Shown piece after piece: positions 37,065-52,900 of a DNA stretch of 64,000 bases. The notes beneath the pieces were generated by a model. The model worked only from the letters and a program-made list of their open reading frames with translations. It searched no databases and was not told the origin of the DNA. Every line of letters starts with the position of its first letter. Within the stretch, counting starts at the first letter, position 1. The position numbers and the translations under genes are program-made. The stretch is from NCBI RefSeq assembly GCF_964204645.1, contig NC_134033.1:7014655-7078654 (forward strand), given 5' to 3'. The stretch is from Tubulanus polymorphus (taxonomy: Eukaryota > Animalia > Nemertea).

Positions 37065-39399
37065 GTACTCGTGTTGTGATCGAAAGTTAATCATTTTAAT
37101 TTTTCAAATGATTACATAACCCATAGCCACTACATTTTTGTTCGATTTAGACTGAATACATTGCTCAGATGTCTGAAGACTCATCAAGGTAATTATAAAT
37201 GGGTAAATAATCATGCTTTGAATGTTTGATCAAAGAGATAATTCAGTCCACTGTGTGGCTAGATTTGTTTTTCATGATAAAGAGATAAAATGTGTTCATC
37301 TATGTTTGTTTACTTACAGTTCAAATATTAATCCGAATGAGAGTACAAATTCCATAGTGATTTCATCCGATGATGAATCGGACATTGTTGATTGGTAAGT
37401 TATGCTTATTTGGTGAATTTCATGACTTTATGCTATCATATATATTCCTTGGCTATTCGTGTATTGATTACCTCATTTCTCAGTAACTTGTCGGTACATG
37501 TATAATCAACTGCATCCCTAGACATTCCAAACAGGGCACAAGTTACCTAGACCCCTATTTTACTATTTATTTCTCATGTCTATTTCGTAAAATGTAGACG
37601 TAGCTTTAGACTCCATAAGAATCAGGCATGAAATTTAGGCTAAAACTATAAATATGTTGATTTTCTGTATTACATGTGTTCATTGGGTTGTGTTGTTTTT
37701 TTTCTTTCAGTGAAACCAGGGAAATAGGAGAGACCTTAATTGTGCTTTCATCTGATACTCAATCAGACAGTTCCACTGAGTATGTATTCATATATAATTT
37801 TGGAAATAATATTGATTTCTTAAGATATTATTTAATGATATCTTAATACTAATAGTATTTGAAATGGAAATTTCTATTCAGGACATCCTAAGAAAAGCTC
37901 ATTTTGCAAGTATTGATATGGTGTGGCCTAGATGGGAATATCACCACTCTTCATGATTTTGACTGTATTTCAGTATATTTGATGACCATTCCATCAAGAG
38001 GTATAAGAGGAAAAGGCGTCAAACCACCGAAAGAAATGCTGAATGCTTTAAGACAAGGTTTGTATGTACAATTAATCCTTATCGTCAATTTGTATTAAAC
38101 TTATTTTTGTGGCAACTTAGATACTTTGAAAAACACCAAATTGAAAAACATCTATCTGATTTTATTACTGCAATTGATTCAAAAGTGTGAGTTGACTTAT
38201 TTAACTTATATGATAAGTGCTTAACATGTTTTGCCATAATCCTGATATAAGAATCACAACAAATGTAAAATATGACAATGAAGGGTTTAAATGAAATGAA
38301 ATAACAAAAGGATAATATTCATCTTAACAAAAGAACAGCATGGGTGGTATTTTAACGTAGTTTCATTCATTCTTTCATCAGTCGAAGATTTAAACTCATA
38401 TGTTTTCAGACCTTCAAGAAACTCGAAAAGATCGTCGGAAAAGAATTCTGTAACCAAAAATTGTACAACAGTTAATAGGTAAATTTTGCTTAGGGAATTA
38501 GGATAACTATATGACCATGTATTGCGTCTTGGCACGGTAAAAACCCTTACGATAATGATTATATACATTGACATGCTATTTACGGGGTTATGTGTGAGTC
38601 TTATATTATTCATTGTCGACAATATTAAGCAGTATATGTGTTATTTATCGAGGCGTCAATATACTTTCAAGTTAGTTTTCTTGTTTCTACTACCTTCCCG
38701 CTTCTTACTGATTCATGAAATGACATAACTGCTTCCAAAAAAACCCTAGTGTCAGTGCTTCATCTAGCATTGAAAAGGGCAGGGTGCTGATTTCAAATAA
38801 GGGCATTTTTACGCGTGATTCCATTGGAGCAAGGGCACATAATAACGCACTCACGTCCGTTTTAGGGGCAACCTGCAATGTTCCCTATTGCATAGAATCG
38901 AGGTACCCCCTACTACAATTGAGGACTAGAAACTATGTTTCACTCTTCCCACGAGTGACACACTTGACCACAGTACATCCTTACACCTATGCCTGTCAAT
39001 GAACAAAAATAATCAGATAGGGCTTTCAAAATTATTTGGAAAACCAGTTGCAGACAAAAAATGGCAGAAAAAAGCAATCTCAAAAAGCAAATGATACAGC
39101 AAAAAAAAAGCCAGCAATAGTGTATAGGCCTACATGAAGCTGCATATTTTTAATCTTAGAAATATCAAATTAATTGATTTAAATTGATAGTGTTAGTGAT
39201 TGGCGAGTGACTGTTGATAATTGGTAGGCAGCCAGCTTAAGAACACATTTTTGCTATTAGGCCACTCAAACTAATTGTCTCTCCGAGTCTCTCTGTGAGT
39301 TCACCGAAAAAAGTTGTTCACCTTGTGTATATAGAATTTGTCTAATAGTCTAGATAAAAAGATCCAGAACATCACGATCTGTTCAAAACGAAACAATCC

Positions 39400-42300
39400 A
39401 TCGAATATACACTACCAGCTTTATAACGTTAGTCGCTAGAATAATTGTGCGCTTTTTCGATCGTAATAGGCGGGATTTTATCATTCGGAAACGTGCGACA
39501 TTAAAGGATTCAGGGATTATAATACGCGAAGATCTTTGCCCTGAAATTGCAAAACTAGTTAATCGCGCGGTTAACTCGAGACTATATAACAAAGTGTGGA
39601 CAATCAATGGAGAAGTATTCGGTTGCACTGAGAATGGTGAGAAAAAAGAATTAACATTTTCAAACCACTGCCGAAGTAATAGCAGTACCGGTAATTAGCT
39701 AATTGTGAATAACTAACTTTTTTCCTTTCTTCATTCGTTTATGCGTTACACATTGTTAGCAATACAGGTAGCTATAACTTAATAGAAAAACACAGAATTA
39801 ACTCAATGAAAGGTGGGGTGGCGATTTATGCAAGCAAGCGACTTTCCTATAAGATCAGAAATAACATAAGCGTATTTAAAGAGGGTAAATTCGAATCCTG
39901 TTTTATAGAAATAATTTCTAAAACCGGGAAAAACGCTAGAAATATTATTGTTGGAGAACTATTTAGAATACCGGGAACTAGCGAATCTGATTTTTTGTTA
40001 GATTATCAAGGCATACTAGAAAAAATAAATCATGAAAGAAAAGATATAATCATTGGGATGGACCAAAACTTGGACCTCATCAAATCTGAAACCCACAGAA
40101 ACACTGCTAGATTTCTTGATTTGAATCTCTCCTATAAAGTAATACCAACAATACTACGTCCAACTAGAATCACACATAATACAGCCACCCTCATTGATAA
40201 TATATATATAAGCTCAAAACTAACTGACCATTATAGATCATGCATCATCACAACTGACCTATCAGACCATCTGCCCTGTTATATATCAATCAAAGATAGG
40301 AACTACAAAATGAAAACAAAGGAAACTAAATTATTTCGAAGATTCAATCGAAGCAACTTAACCAATATTAATAATGAACTCTCTGAAATTGATTGGGCTG
40401 TAATTGAAAACATGAACAGCGATGATGGGTATAGCTTTTTAATTGAAAAGCTCACTCAATCTTTAGATAGATATGCACCCCCGACTGAAAGGAAAATTGG
40501 GCATATAAAGATAGACGAACCATGGATGACACATGGTCTACTAACATCGTCAAAAAAGTGTGATCGTTTGTATCGTAAGGTACTTGGTGCTCCGAAAAGT
40601 GATCCAAAATACGTAAGATATCTTAATTATCGAAATCAGTTGAATTATTTAAGAAGAAGAGCAAAGCATAGTTATTATGCGAATAAGATACTTAGTTTTA
40701 GAAATAACAGTAGAAAGTTATGGGATTTACTTTAAGACCACCATAGGCAAACATAATGACAAATCATCTACTATTGAAAATCTAAAAATTGATGGAAAAA
40801 TTGAAAAAGACCACAAAAAAATTAGTGACTCACTGTCTTTGTTTTTTTTAGTAATATAGGAAAAGAGAATGCCACTAAAGTCCCAACTTCTAAGCATTCA
40901 TTTCAAGAATACCTCAATATCCATAACAATATTAACATTTTCTTTAGACCCACTGACACTAATGAGATCATTTCTTTAGTGAAATCATTACCAAATAAAA
41001 GTAGTACTGGTTTCGATAACATTAGCAATAATCTGCTAAAACAAGTAATTTATACTATATGTGATCCGTTATGTACAATATTTAACAATTCATTAAGAGA
41101 TGGCGTAGTACCCAAATTAATGAAAATTGCAGAAGTTATTCCTATCCACAAAGGTGATGATAAATCCCAAGCAACTAACTACAGGCCTATCTCACTTTTA
41201 CCCGTAATATCTAAAATACTAGAAAAAAATAGTTCACAACAGGCTATATAACTTTTTTATTACAAACAACTTACTCTACAGCAGCCAATATGGGTACAGA
41301 GAAAATCATTCAACTGCTCAAGCAATACTTGAATTAACCGGAAATATAATTAGTAGCTTCGACAATGGTAATAACACAATTGGAGTCTTCCTTGATCTGT
41401 CTAAAGCGTTTGACTCGCTCGATATCCCAACGTTGATATACAAATTAGATGGAATAAGAGGAATTCCATTGCAATGGTTGAAAAGTTACCTCAGTGAAAG
41501 GAGAATGTATGTAAAGGTCGACGGAATCAAATCAAATCTAACTAAAGTCGAATACGGAATTCCTCAAGGCTCTATACTCGGACCACTGCTTTTTCTTATA
41601 TATGTTAACGATGCCCATCAAGTTTTAAAATCCTGTAAAAGTATATTATTCGCAGACGACACTAGCATATATATTACCGGAAAGAATCTTAACACTATTT
41701 TAGATCTTCTGAAAGATGACCAACCTACACTGATCGATTGGTTCCATGCTAACAAATTAACAGTCAATTTCAAGAAAACTAATTGCATGATTTTTAGGCC
41801 CAGAAGTAAAAGTTTCCAAACAGATATAGATCTCATATTTGGCACTGAGAAAATAAGATCAGTAAAACAGTGTAAATTTTTAGGAGTACTTATTGATGAA
41901 AATCTATCTTGTGAACAACAATTCAAACAAATCTGTTCAAAAATCAATAGAAACTTGTATTTATTAAGAAGAATAAAAAAATTTATACCTGCTTGGAGTA
42001 AGAAACTGCTGTATTATGGCTATATAAATACACATTTATCTTATGCAGTGACATCGTGTGGCACTCTTCTCTCAAAAAAGCTAATAGACACCATTTTCAA
42101 ATTGCAGAAAAGGGCAATCAGATATATCGATAACAGCCGCTATAATGCCCCCACATCACACTTATTTAGAAAATATGATATCCTAAAATTTGAAGACATA
42201 ATAAATTTAGACCTCGCAAAAATTAGCTACAAATACTTCGAAGGAAAATTGCCCACCCCGATAAGAGCATTGTTCCAACATAACCAAGTAAACCACACAC

Positions 42301-42792
42301 ATAACACAAGATCAAGAAATTATCCACAATCTGCCCGTCACAAAACGAATATGTTCAATAAATCGTTTCTTAACAAAGTTCCAGTCATTTGGCAAACAAT
42401 CGATAACACAATCAGAAAATCTCCATCAATTCATTCATTCACCAGGCTCTACAAAAAACAGCTCATCAATAGATATTGAATATTCATCCCGTCCCCCTAA
42501 AATATTCTATCATGGTATGTTTATGTTATATAATAGTTATTGTAGTATAATTACCATTGTATGTTGTATGTGGTTTTGAAAATAGCTTACCATAGATAAA
42601 CCTTATAATATTGACCTTTGTATCTTTGTCATTATCATCCATTTCATAGTCACCGGGGCTCGTCCACTCTGTTCAGAGCTACGGCCTTCAGGCTCTGGAC
42701 GAGTCCTTCATAGTTCATAGTTCATTGTGGTATTTTGTAAGATAAATTATTATACTAAACTATGTTCTACGAAAATAAAATCAATCAATCAA
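39400..42792 (+). mobile_element. Non-LTR retrotransposon of the CR1/L2 group (Crack/Daphne-like), frameshifted
   Basis: ORF1 remnant 39447-39698 (IIIREDL...VWTINGEVF); APE endonuclease (GGVAIY, PTRIT, TLIDNIY, LSDHLP); RT (NYRPISLLP, GIPQGSILGPLLFLIYVND, LFADDT); AATAAA plus (ATCA)n tail. Confidence 0.92.
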
Positions 42793-43375
42793 AATTGGCA
42801 GTAGTTTGGAAGGCAGCCAATTTCTTGGAAGCTAAAACTAGGCCACGCGTCTGAGGCACGTTTTCACACGATGCACACTGACTGCAGTACATTTAAATAT
42901 AACCACTGATCACATGGGCTACTATCGTTGATATCATACGAGATATTTCATAGCCGTCGCACGATTCTTACTTACAGTCAGGTGCGAAAGCTTATTTTGA
43001 AAGCCCTGACTCATTACTCGTGACTCGAGGGCGGACCTACGGCAAGTGATGAGGGCACAAGGGCGAACATTGGACACATCTGAAGAGCACAAGGGCGGCT
43101 ATTTTCGGGGGCGGGGCGGACCGCCCCTCCATTTTTGGCTAGATGAAGCACTGAGTGTACATAAATTCCCTGATTTCCTAGTAGGATATTTATATTTCTA
43201 TACTGTCATTTCACCCAGGAACAAGAGCAAAGATGATGATCATGATCATGAACTTGAAATGGTCATGGAAGATGATATTCATCCAAGGTATGTTGATAAC
43301 CTGTATAGCTACAATTGCCTTGCAAACATTTTAGCTAATGAATTATGTTGTATTAAGAATCTTTATCGTTTTCAG

Positions 43376-45810
43376 ATTTTTGCATGGTGATCCAGATCAA
43401 CCAATATTTTCAACAGAGAACCTCACCCTTCATGGTATTTGCGCGGCATTAAATTCTTCTGATAAATTATGTAAAAACGTACCGTATCGTGTGCAAGAGA
43501 ATATTTCATTTTTGATTGACCTGAATGAGGTTGATGTCGATGATTTAAAATGAGATGGTAATGGTGTTTATTTGAACAAAGGTATTTCTCGAAAACCAGT
43601 GGAAAAAATTGGTGATAGATATCAAATTCAGAAAGGATCCAAGGTTTTTCTGAACAAAAACATATTATGTTCATAAAATTTACCATGATTTTCACAGACA
43701 TATATCTACTCTCTGTGACACATCTGGTAATGTAATTAATAATTTGGCATTCATCCATTATTATTTTGAACATGAGCCTCATGAGATTATAGTTCAAGCG
43801 CATGGAAATTCGAAAAAAATACAAAACCTTATTCTAAAGTCAAACCTAGTATTGTCAAGGTTGTCAAAGATAATATGCTTGGACATCTGAAGCAGTATCT
43901 ACAGCCATTTCATCTCAAGGAGGTATGCTAAGTGAAATCTTTAGCCGATTTACCATCTCGGGCATCTTCGTATAAAATTTCACAATCTAGGTGATCAGTA
44001 ACGCATGCTAGCAAAGATGATGAAGTATCCGCTGTCTTAGATATGGCCAAAGGCCAATATTCCAATTTTATTAAGGATGTAAGGGTACATCCTAAACTTT
44101 CTGTAGTTATTTTTCTCGATGAGAGTGTGTGTGATATAGCTCGTTTCAGTTCCGATCCAACAGATATGTATCCAATTGCCTTTGATCCCACTTTTAAGTT
44201 CGGCCAATTTGACGTTACCCCAATTACATACAAACATCTACATTTAAAGAGCAAACGGACAGGGAATTGTCCAATATTTACCGGACCTGTCCTTTTACAT
44301 TATAATAAAACTGTGGATGATTACAGCCAAAATTTTTTCTGCAATGTCAAAGTGCTGTTCGAATATTAGTGATATTTTATCTTTAGGTACTGATGGAGAA
44401 AGTGCATTAAGTGATGCTGCCAATCAGTTTTTCACAGATGCCGTTCATTTGAGATGTACACGCCATTTCGAAACGAATTTAAAAAATCATCTCAAGGGTC
44501 TTGATCTTTTACCTAATGTTCCATTATCAATAATTAAGCAAATAGTTGGTGACAAATTTGAGCCTGGATTAATTGACAAAGATTTAAAAGATTTTGATGC
44601 ATATCTTAATGAATTAATTATTTCATGGTCATCCAAATATCCAGGAAAGTTAGAAAAATTCATGAGATATTTGAAATAACAGGCAAGTATGATGAAATCA
44701 TCTATGACATCTAATGTTAGAATTTCCTCGGGTTTAGGATTCCCACCTGATAGATTTTACACCAATTCTGCTGAAAGTACAAATGCCAAATTGAGACGTT
44801 GGGTGCAAAATCGAGAAATGGGATTATCATCTTTCATCGAATCTACATATAAATTAATTCAAGCCGAACGCAATGAATTATCAATGGCATATGCGAACCT
44901 ATCCGATTTGAATGATGTGCGGGATGAATTTAAGTGTTTTGCTGGACAAGGAGCTACTGGAAAAGTCTATTCCGCAGAGGCAAACATTTTTTAAACATGC
45001 TAACTGCATTACAATGCACGAATTGCACTCGCGTTCAAATTCACTTTTAGATTCATCCACTGTCAATGGTGAACCAAACCTTTCTGTATCTGTTTCAACA
45101 GCTAGGAGTAAATATTCGGTAAAAATTGGTGAATTTGTTTTGAAAGGTATATGGAAAAAGGCTGGCAAATTATTGGATTCTCATAGTTCTATTTGTGATG
45201 CCCCTAATAATGATATATCATGTTTGAAATTTAGTGTTCTAAGTGAGTCATCGTCAATTAATAATCAAGTTACTTTCCATTAAGTCAACAACAAATGTGC
45301 ATGCACATGTAAGCAGTACCGTTTTCATTTTTTGTGTTCGCACAATGTAGCTGTTGCTGAAAAGATTGGTTTCTTGGAGAAATACATTATTTGGCACAAA
45401 TGGTCTTCCAAGACATCAAATTTGACAAATATGGCTATATTCTGTTATCTTCTGTTGGTATGAAGGGTAGTCAGCAAGGAAGGAAGCGCTCCCTTGAAAC
45501 ACCTAAATCGAATAATTCCAATGTACTTGATATGTATCTAACCTTTGCTCAAGGAAGGTTTTCAGTTTGTTACGGCTGTCGTAAAAAATTCAATGAGACC
45601 GATTTGCAGTCCCCTAAATACCTAGTCATTAGAAAGTTGGATTGTAGATCCTACGTTGATAAGAAAACCGGTGAACCAAAGGTTACCCCACACTACTAAT
45701 ACCCCACAGCATGCATATTACCATTTGAATAAGCGATGTGTCAAAACTAAGTATCCATTTTTCGAGGTCAATCACTTAACCATCAATCCGGACATAGAAA
45801 TAGTATGAGC
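43376..45810 (+). pseudogene. MULE (Mutator) DDE transposase with SWIM finger, disrupted
   Basis: FDPTFKFG, GTDGESAL, HLRCTRH, YTNSAESTNAKL, CACTCKQY...CSHNVAVA, C-terminal VCYGC. Confidence 0.85.
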
Positions 45811-45865
45811 CCATGCCATTTAAGTAAATTACAGGAGTTTTTACAGCGGGGTGTTTATCGTAGAG

Positions 45866-46197
45866 GATTCTAGGACAATTGCCCCAGACAATTGCCACCA
45901 CTTATAAATCTTTTTGATCGTAAAGTAAAAACATAGATTAGACAAAGCTAACTTACTTTCCTGCAGCTATTTACTCTAGGACTGATTTAAAGTTTTTATT
46001 GGCTAAAGCAACACTCAAACTTATTCCAATAAATGAGTCGACGTTAACTAATGCACTAATAAGTGGACTAACTAAGTTTCCTTTGATTTGGTAAGTTAAC
46101 TGTATACATGTAGTTACTTAAAGATTAAAAAGACTATAAAGGATTTAATTCGTGGGCCATTATCGGGGGGGGGGGGGGCAATTGTCCTGATAGGATC
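45866..46197. mobile_element. Small MITE
   Basis: AGGACAATTGCCCC / GGGGCAATTGTCCT inverted ends; GTAGAG flanks both sides (45860-45865, 46198-46203). Confidence 0.55.
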
Positions 46198-49100
46198 GTA
46201 GAGAGTTGCAATAAGATAATCCAGGCTTCTTAGAGAAATAAAAACCGGTGTTTTTAGTCAACGTAGGACCTTAGTCCCGCTTTTGCGTTCACTTTTCGTT
46301 CGTCGTCCGTCCATCGGCTGAATTATAGATTCACCCACTGTCATTGGTTAACCAAACCTTTCTGTATCTGTTTCAACATTGGTGAATTTGTTTAGAAAGT
46401 ACAGTATATGCTTGTGGAACACAATTTTTTCTTTATCTTAAAATAGCGATTGTCCCTGTTATTTATTTGGTTGGTAAATTTCGTTTAATTATTTTGATTG
46501 TGTGTCTCTTACAAACCCACCACAGGTTTGAAATCGGAAATCGAAGTACAGGTGAGGGATCGGCGGTCTAGTTTTCAGATTTTTTTTTTGTTTAAATCGA
46601 AGTACATAATTGGTAAATTCGGTTCCGGTTCATTCAACGATGGAACAATATATTTTAAACAGGATACCGTGGAACCTCGATAATTAGATTTTATTGTTAA
46701 TATTTTTGTACTACATATTCTATGAGTAAAAATGTTAGTGCTTCGTATGTTTTGATTTTGTATATTTTTCTAACAAATCTGCAATGCTGGAACGTACGTC
46801 AAATGAAATTTTATGTAACTAAATAAAGTACCTGTATTCATAGGTTTTTTAGTATTTCTGTCTTTTTTGCTGGAAGATTTGGGAAATTTGGTTCGGTCTT
46901 GGTACTATCTACACGTATATACGGTAGTTAATATTTATGCGTGGTAATATTCTCGAATAGGTGATTAAGCTGAATGAGGGGTCCACAGAGCAAATCCCTT
47001 CAAAGCTGTAAGGTTAAAACTCGCACAGAATCATATGTGATTTTCGTTTAAACAGCAGTTGTTGTTTTAAAGGGAATTCCTCTGTTGAATTTATCACATG
47101 TAACACTACCGATCGGCGATACAACTATTGCTTAAGTATTGCCCTTTCTTCACAGAGAAATGGCTCTCACCACTCGAACGCCACGGTTGTACATGTACCT
47201 GTATCAGTTTCTATTCTATGGTATAAATAGTACCGGTGATCATCGCCGAAGGCCGTTACCGCAGTCCGCAAAATACTACGTCCGTTACCGTAGTCCGTGT
47301 AACTGGATTTTTTTTCGAATATGTAACGAAATTTCTCATTAAATCGATCAAATAATTAATTTTCTTTAGAATATGTAAGATTTGCATAGATTCAGCGTAT
47401 TTAAGAATAAATTCAATGATTCAGCGAAATTAATATAATAATCAGTGATTCAGCGAAGTTCGAACACCCTGAATTAAGATCTAATTTACTAAATATCATA
47501 GTAATGTATTCGGCACAGAGCTAAATTCACCTACTAGATTCGCGTACATCAAAATGCCTTCTTCTTCCTTGTTAAGCTACAACTGTAGCAAAACCACCGC
47601 AGCAAACTTGACACAAAGAACGCAAAAATAGTCCCATGCTCACTGTTGTTACTACAGGCCACGAAATGTGACCCATTGGAAAAAATGTCTGATCAAAGAA
47701 ATAAAGTTGTCTCGAACTAATTTCGTGGCTTAAAGAACACAAATAAAGGTATTTAATTCAACAGACGTAAGTATAGGATTGCACCTTTTTATTGATTTGA
47801 GGGTGAACCGATTTTCGAGTCATATTAGTAACTAAAGCTAAAAAGAACAACAAGAAGACATCCCAACATCCGTCTGAACGGTTGTAAACAAAGATCTCCT
47901 TTTCAGCCACACGGTAAGTTTTTGTTTTATTGTATTTCGAAGCCTAGGATTTTCGCATCTGTCCGGAAATGAGAAACAAGGTATCTTTTTTCAGAGATGT
48001 GGAGGTTTGTTGTTATACCAATCTTAACATACTGCCCTAGAAACAAGACCTTTTCTTCGCGAACATTTCCCAGATCGGGTAATCTGTGTGTGGCCTCTTA
48101 TTGAACAGGAATGGGTTACCCGTCCAAGACCGTGACCAGTTAATTAATCAATGATAAGTAAGTTCACTTAAAATGAGTAATCTTCATACATTGAATTATT
48201 AGCCTAGCACAGAAAAAGCAAATCCTGTAATCTCATTACGATACTAATAATACCTGTCTTCCACGTCTGAGTGTGGCTATTCTACCATTACTCTAGTGGG
48301 TATGTTAACACATTTTTCTTGAAAAAAAAATTGTAAGCAGCAATGGTATGAAAATCACGTGAATAATTTGCTCACCTTTCTTCTAATCTTGTTAACGTGT
48401 ATACTTCACAGTGGAAATGTAATGCTTCGAATATGTCGATATACGAGGAACATATGATTTAGGCCGCCGGCTGATCAGATGTGCAAATGTGTCGCGTTGC
48501 CCATAATCAATATTGCTTCTGCCGGCTCATGCGCCATATGTTCAACCAGAGAATTAAATCACACGTATGTTCAATTGAAAACAACATAATACTTACTATG
48601 CGCGTTCAAATTAAAATGACGGATTGAGTAATTTCAATACTTTACGTACTATCTAGAATAATCTATGCCGATATTTCTGATTTGTAATACGACTCTACGT
48701 TATTTGTAGCAATCGAGGATTCCGCTTGTGACTTTCATTTAATCCCGGAGACAAGTACCAAACATCACAAAGCACTACATTATTGATTTCATTAGAGTTA
48801 ATCAATCAGACTTATTCGCATTATCATAATGGTTATGTGGTGGGACTTAACGATCTGTACCACTTGTAATCCCACTAGATTCTCCACCACTTGTTTTGTC
48901 ACTTTGTTCTTCTCACTAATGCTGTGCCGCTGGATCACCTATGTAACTGATCCTCGCTGACCTGCCTCTTCCTTATGTAGATATTAACTACTTACACCAA
49001 TTCTTATCACCTTAAATACATGGAAATATTGAATCATGACGTCACCTTCATCATTGCAAATTACAATCTATCCTCACTCCAAATTATTACCTAAAATATT

Positions 49101-49900
49101 CACGTCTTGTTAAAATAGTTTCATTCTTTCCCACAATTTCTTCACCCTTCCTTGACAATGCGTATCCGGTCTATCCCCATTTTCTCAGTTAATCCCCGTT
49201 TATCCGTAATCTAGGGATAGATAATACTAGTCCATCACTCACGGGATGGCAATAAATGCGGGTAAGTTCTCAAATCATCATCCTGTTAAATAAACTGGCA
49301 GAATCATTGAATTTCCACGAACCCAACCGTAGCCCAATACATCTTCATGAATTATATATCACAAATAGAATGGGTATCACAATCACCCACTCAATAGTTT
49401 CAAAACTATACTTTTTAATAATTCCTCCCAAGATATCACGAAAATAACCTATCGCGACATAGTTATTCAAATATTTTAGTGCAGAAATACCTCTTTGTTT
49501 CCGTTCCCTAACCCCATGCCGCGCGCCTTACCGGAATATCCAACTACTACATCCATAAAACATGGTTCTGGCCGACAAATTACAATACACTACTGGTATA
49601 TTCTTAAAAACATTTGACCCTATCGAGTACCACTTTTTTATAGAAATTCAACCCAAATGCTAGCCCTATACATATCAATATGTACTTTCAAAGAGGATTA
49701 AACCATTCCTCGAGCTCTAGACCTCTGCCTATTTCAGGAGCACCCCATGAGCATCCCTCGCTGTTTATATCTGGGGCTCCCAAATCCACTGAAATTATTT
49801 CGACAAGAACTATAAATTCATAATCGCACTCTCATCTAAACCCCTCCGCTAAGCTCCACCCTTGAGTGCTCAACCCCAAAGAATTCCTTTGGCACAAGCT

Positions 49901-52900
49901 CGTTGTAAACTTAAAATCGTTTCATTGATTTGTTTTGGTTCTCTGGTTTCGTGGGCGACAGCAAAGCATTACATGCTTCGTTGATTTTGTATGTTTATAC
50001 GGGGAAGTTATAGTTAGTTGAAATATAGCTGTGGACATGGAAGCATACAGTTCTTGAGTTAGTTACTTCACGACATTTTTGGTCCCTCGAAAGCCGTTTT
50101 AGCAGTATAGATAGTATAGCGACTCACGATTGATAAGGACCGACGAAGTAGGAACGCTCATGGAGGACTTTTAAAGGTATCTTTTACCGCAATTGATGAA
50201 CAGTTAGCTAAAGATCAGTATGGAAGTTTGTTCTCGCATCAAGACAATTGAAGACCTGAATGAAATAATTTACGGAAAGCTCGACGATACTGAGCATGAA
50301 AAGTTTTTTGAAGAAGCCGAAACAGAGATTTCATGCCAGAGAATTCTTGCACGTAGACACGAGAAGACTACATTAAAACATTTAGATAAGCCAACCCCAC
50401 CAACTGAACCTGTGAAACCTGCACCTAGCGACAGCTTAAAAGTACATTTGCCGAAAATAACTTTGTCGAAGTTTTCGGCTGCAGTATTAGAATGGCATTC
50501 GTTTTGGGACTCTTTTGTTGCGGCTATTGGTTCCCAGAAAAATCTAGCATGTGTCTGCAAATTCAACTACCTGAAATGCCAATTGAGTGGTGAGGCGTTG
50601 GAGAGTATTGCGGTATCCCTTTAACGGACAGAGGTTATAGTGAGGCTGTCGAAATTCTCCAGGGTCGTTATGGCATGGAACATAAGGTCGTTAAAGCCTA
50701 CAGAAAAGCGATAATAGACCTCCCTAGGCCGTCGTATTCTCTCGCTAGCTTGCGACAATTCATGACAAACTCTGCAACTACATTCGTTTACTTTCCACGT
50801 TGGGAAAAGATGACTCTCATTTTGGTGGTTTACTTGTCTAGTGGTAGCGATAAAAGTTCAGATAAAAGTTCTCAGTCGACGAGTCCTGTCGAAATGTCGG
50901 ACGAAAGCCGTCAGTCGTCTCAAACGGCTGAAACCGTGCAAATGCATACACGGGCAGCTCATTCTAGCGTGTTATTGAAAACAGCCGTTTCAGAAATACG
51001 CAATCATAAAACCAATTCACAAACTCAGTGCGGTATTATGTTCGACGATGGGTCGCAGAAAACTTTTATCAAACAATTTCTGGTTGATATTTTAGGATTA
51101 GTGCCCGTTGCAAGTGAGCCGGTCAAACTTTCAGTTTTCGGTTCGCTTACGCCAGAGCTCCGTATTTTAGACATAGTACGTTTCAATCTGATATGCTTGG
51201 ATAAAACTGGCCTCTTAATGCAAGCTTATGTAGTTCCAGATTTTAGTGTTCCACCTATTCGTACAAATGTCAATTTAGATTCGTATAGCTACCTTTTAAA
51301 GGTTTAAATCTGGCTACAGCGGTTGGTCCAGAACCATTGCACATCGGTTTACTTATGGGTTCTGATTACTACAATAGTATAGTTATAGGTCGTTTTATTC
51401 GTAGTCCAACTGGTCGATGTTACCTCTCATTTTGAGCGATTCATCTAAAGTTTTCGATCCGCTTGGTTGGATTGCTCCGGTTGTACTAAATGCAAAGTTG
51501 TTATTGCAGAAACTCGGAAACTTGCAGATTTGGAATGGGATACACCAATTCCCGACACTCTTCGTGAACAGTGGTCTAGGATCGCCAGCGATATTTCTAA
51601 TGCAACGTCGATCGCTTATCCTCAGATATTTTGATAAAACGTCATCTTTGGATGGCTGCGAGATCGATATTTTTGCCGATGCTAGTGCTACGTCTTATGG
51701 CGCTTGTGCATACATTGTTTCGCCTGCTCGCGAATGTAGCTTGTCAATTTCGAAGTCGAGAGTTGCACCAGTAAGACCATTGACTATTCCTCAGCTCGAG
51801 TTAATGGCCGCGTTAATAGCTGCACGTTTGGCGAAACTGTTGAAGGAAAGTTTTCCTACTTGTAAATATTATCTCTGGTCTGATAATCATTCCGTGTTAT
51901 ATCGATTGTCAAACGCGAATAATCTTAAACCCTTCGAACAGAAAAGAATCGATGAGATTAAACTGTTGACAGAATCCGATTCATGGGGTAACTGTCCAAC
52001 GGATTCGAACCTGGCTGATATTTCTTCGCGCGGTAGTAACTATACTGATCTTGTGATAAATAATTTGTGGAGGAAAGGTCCAGATTGGTTAGTTACAGGT
52101 GATTTCCCAGTTTGGGATGTTAATGATGTTTCCTCTGTACGTAGCGTTGACTCTGTAAATGTTGATTTACCTGTATGTTCTGTTGTTGAGGATGAAACTT
52201 CATCTGAGTCTAGTAGTTATCGTAAAATTGATTCGCTCATAGATATCACCAGGATTTCTAGTTTGAGAAAGCAATTGCGTGTCACCGCGTACGTTTTGCG
52301 GTTTATTGGTATTTGTCAAAAACGTCGGAGTCGTGGTGATATACTAGAGCCATCTGAAATTGAAGAATCCAAGCTCGTATGGGTTATGTACGTGCAACAT
52401 GCAGCTTACCACGATGTTTTTGATTATTTTGAAAGTGGTAAAGCAAAACGACCACATATTGTGTCTCAGTTTGGCTTGTATATAGACGAGTCAGGCGTAA
52501 TTCGTTGTGCGGAAAGACTGGCTTTTTCTCAGTTGCCGCCATCATCTCGCAATCCATTATTGCTACCTAAACATTCTCGTGTCACGGACCTTGTAGTTTT
52601 AGCAGCTCATGCCAAGGTCAAACATCTCAAGGTTAAATCCTACGATGGCGTCAATTGGAGAGGAGTACTGGATTCCTCAAATCAGGCAATGTGTAAAGCG
52701 TGTTAATAAGACCACGTGTATTGTGCAGAACGTTAGAGGGTGCATCTTACGGGTCACGTACTCCACCTCCTTTGCCTTACCCCAGGGTTTCAAATGTACC
52801 AGCTTTCCAGTACACTGGTGTCGACTTGTGGTCATTTTAATGTAATTTTGTCAAGTAATGAATCAGAGATGGTGAAGTGTTACATTGCATTATTCACGTG

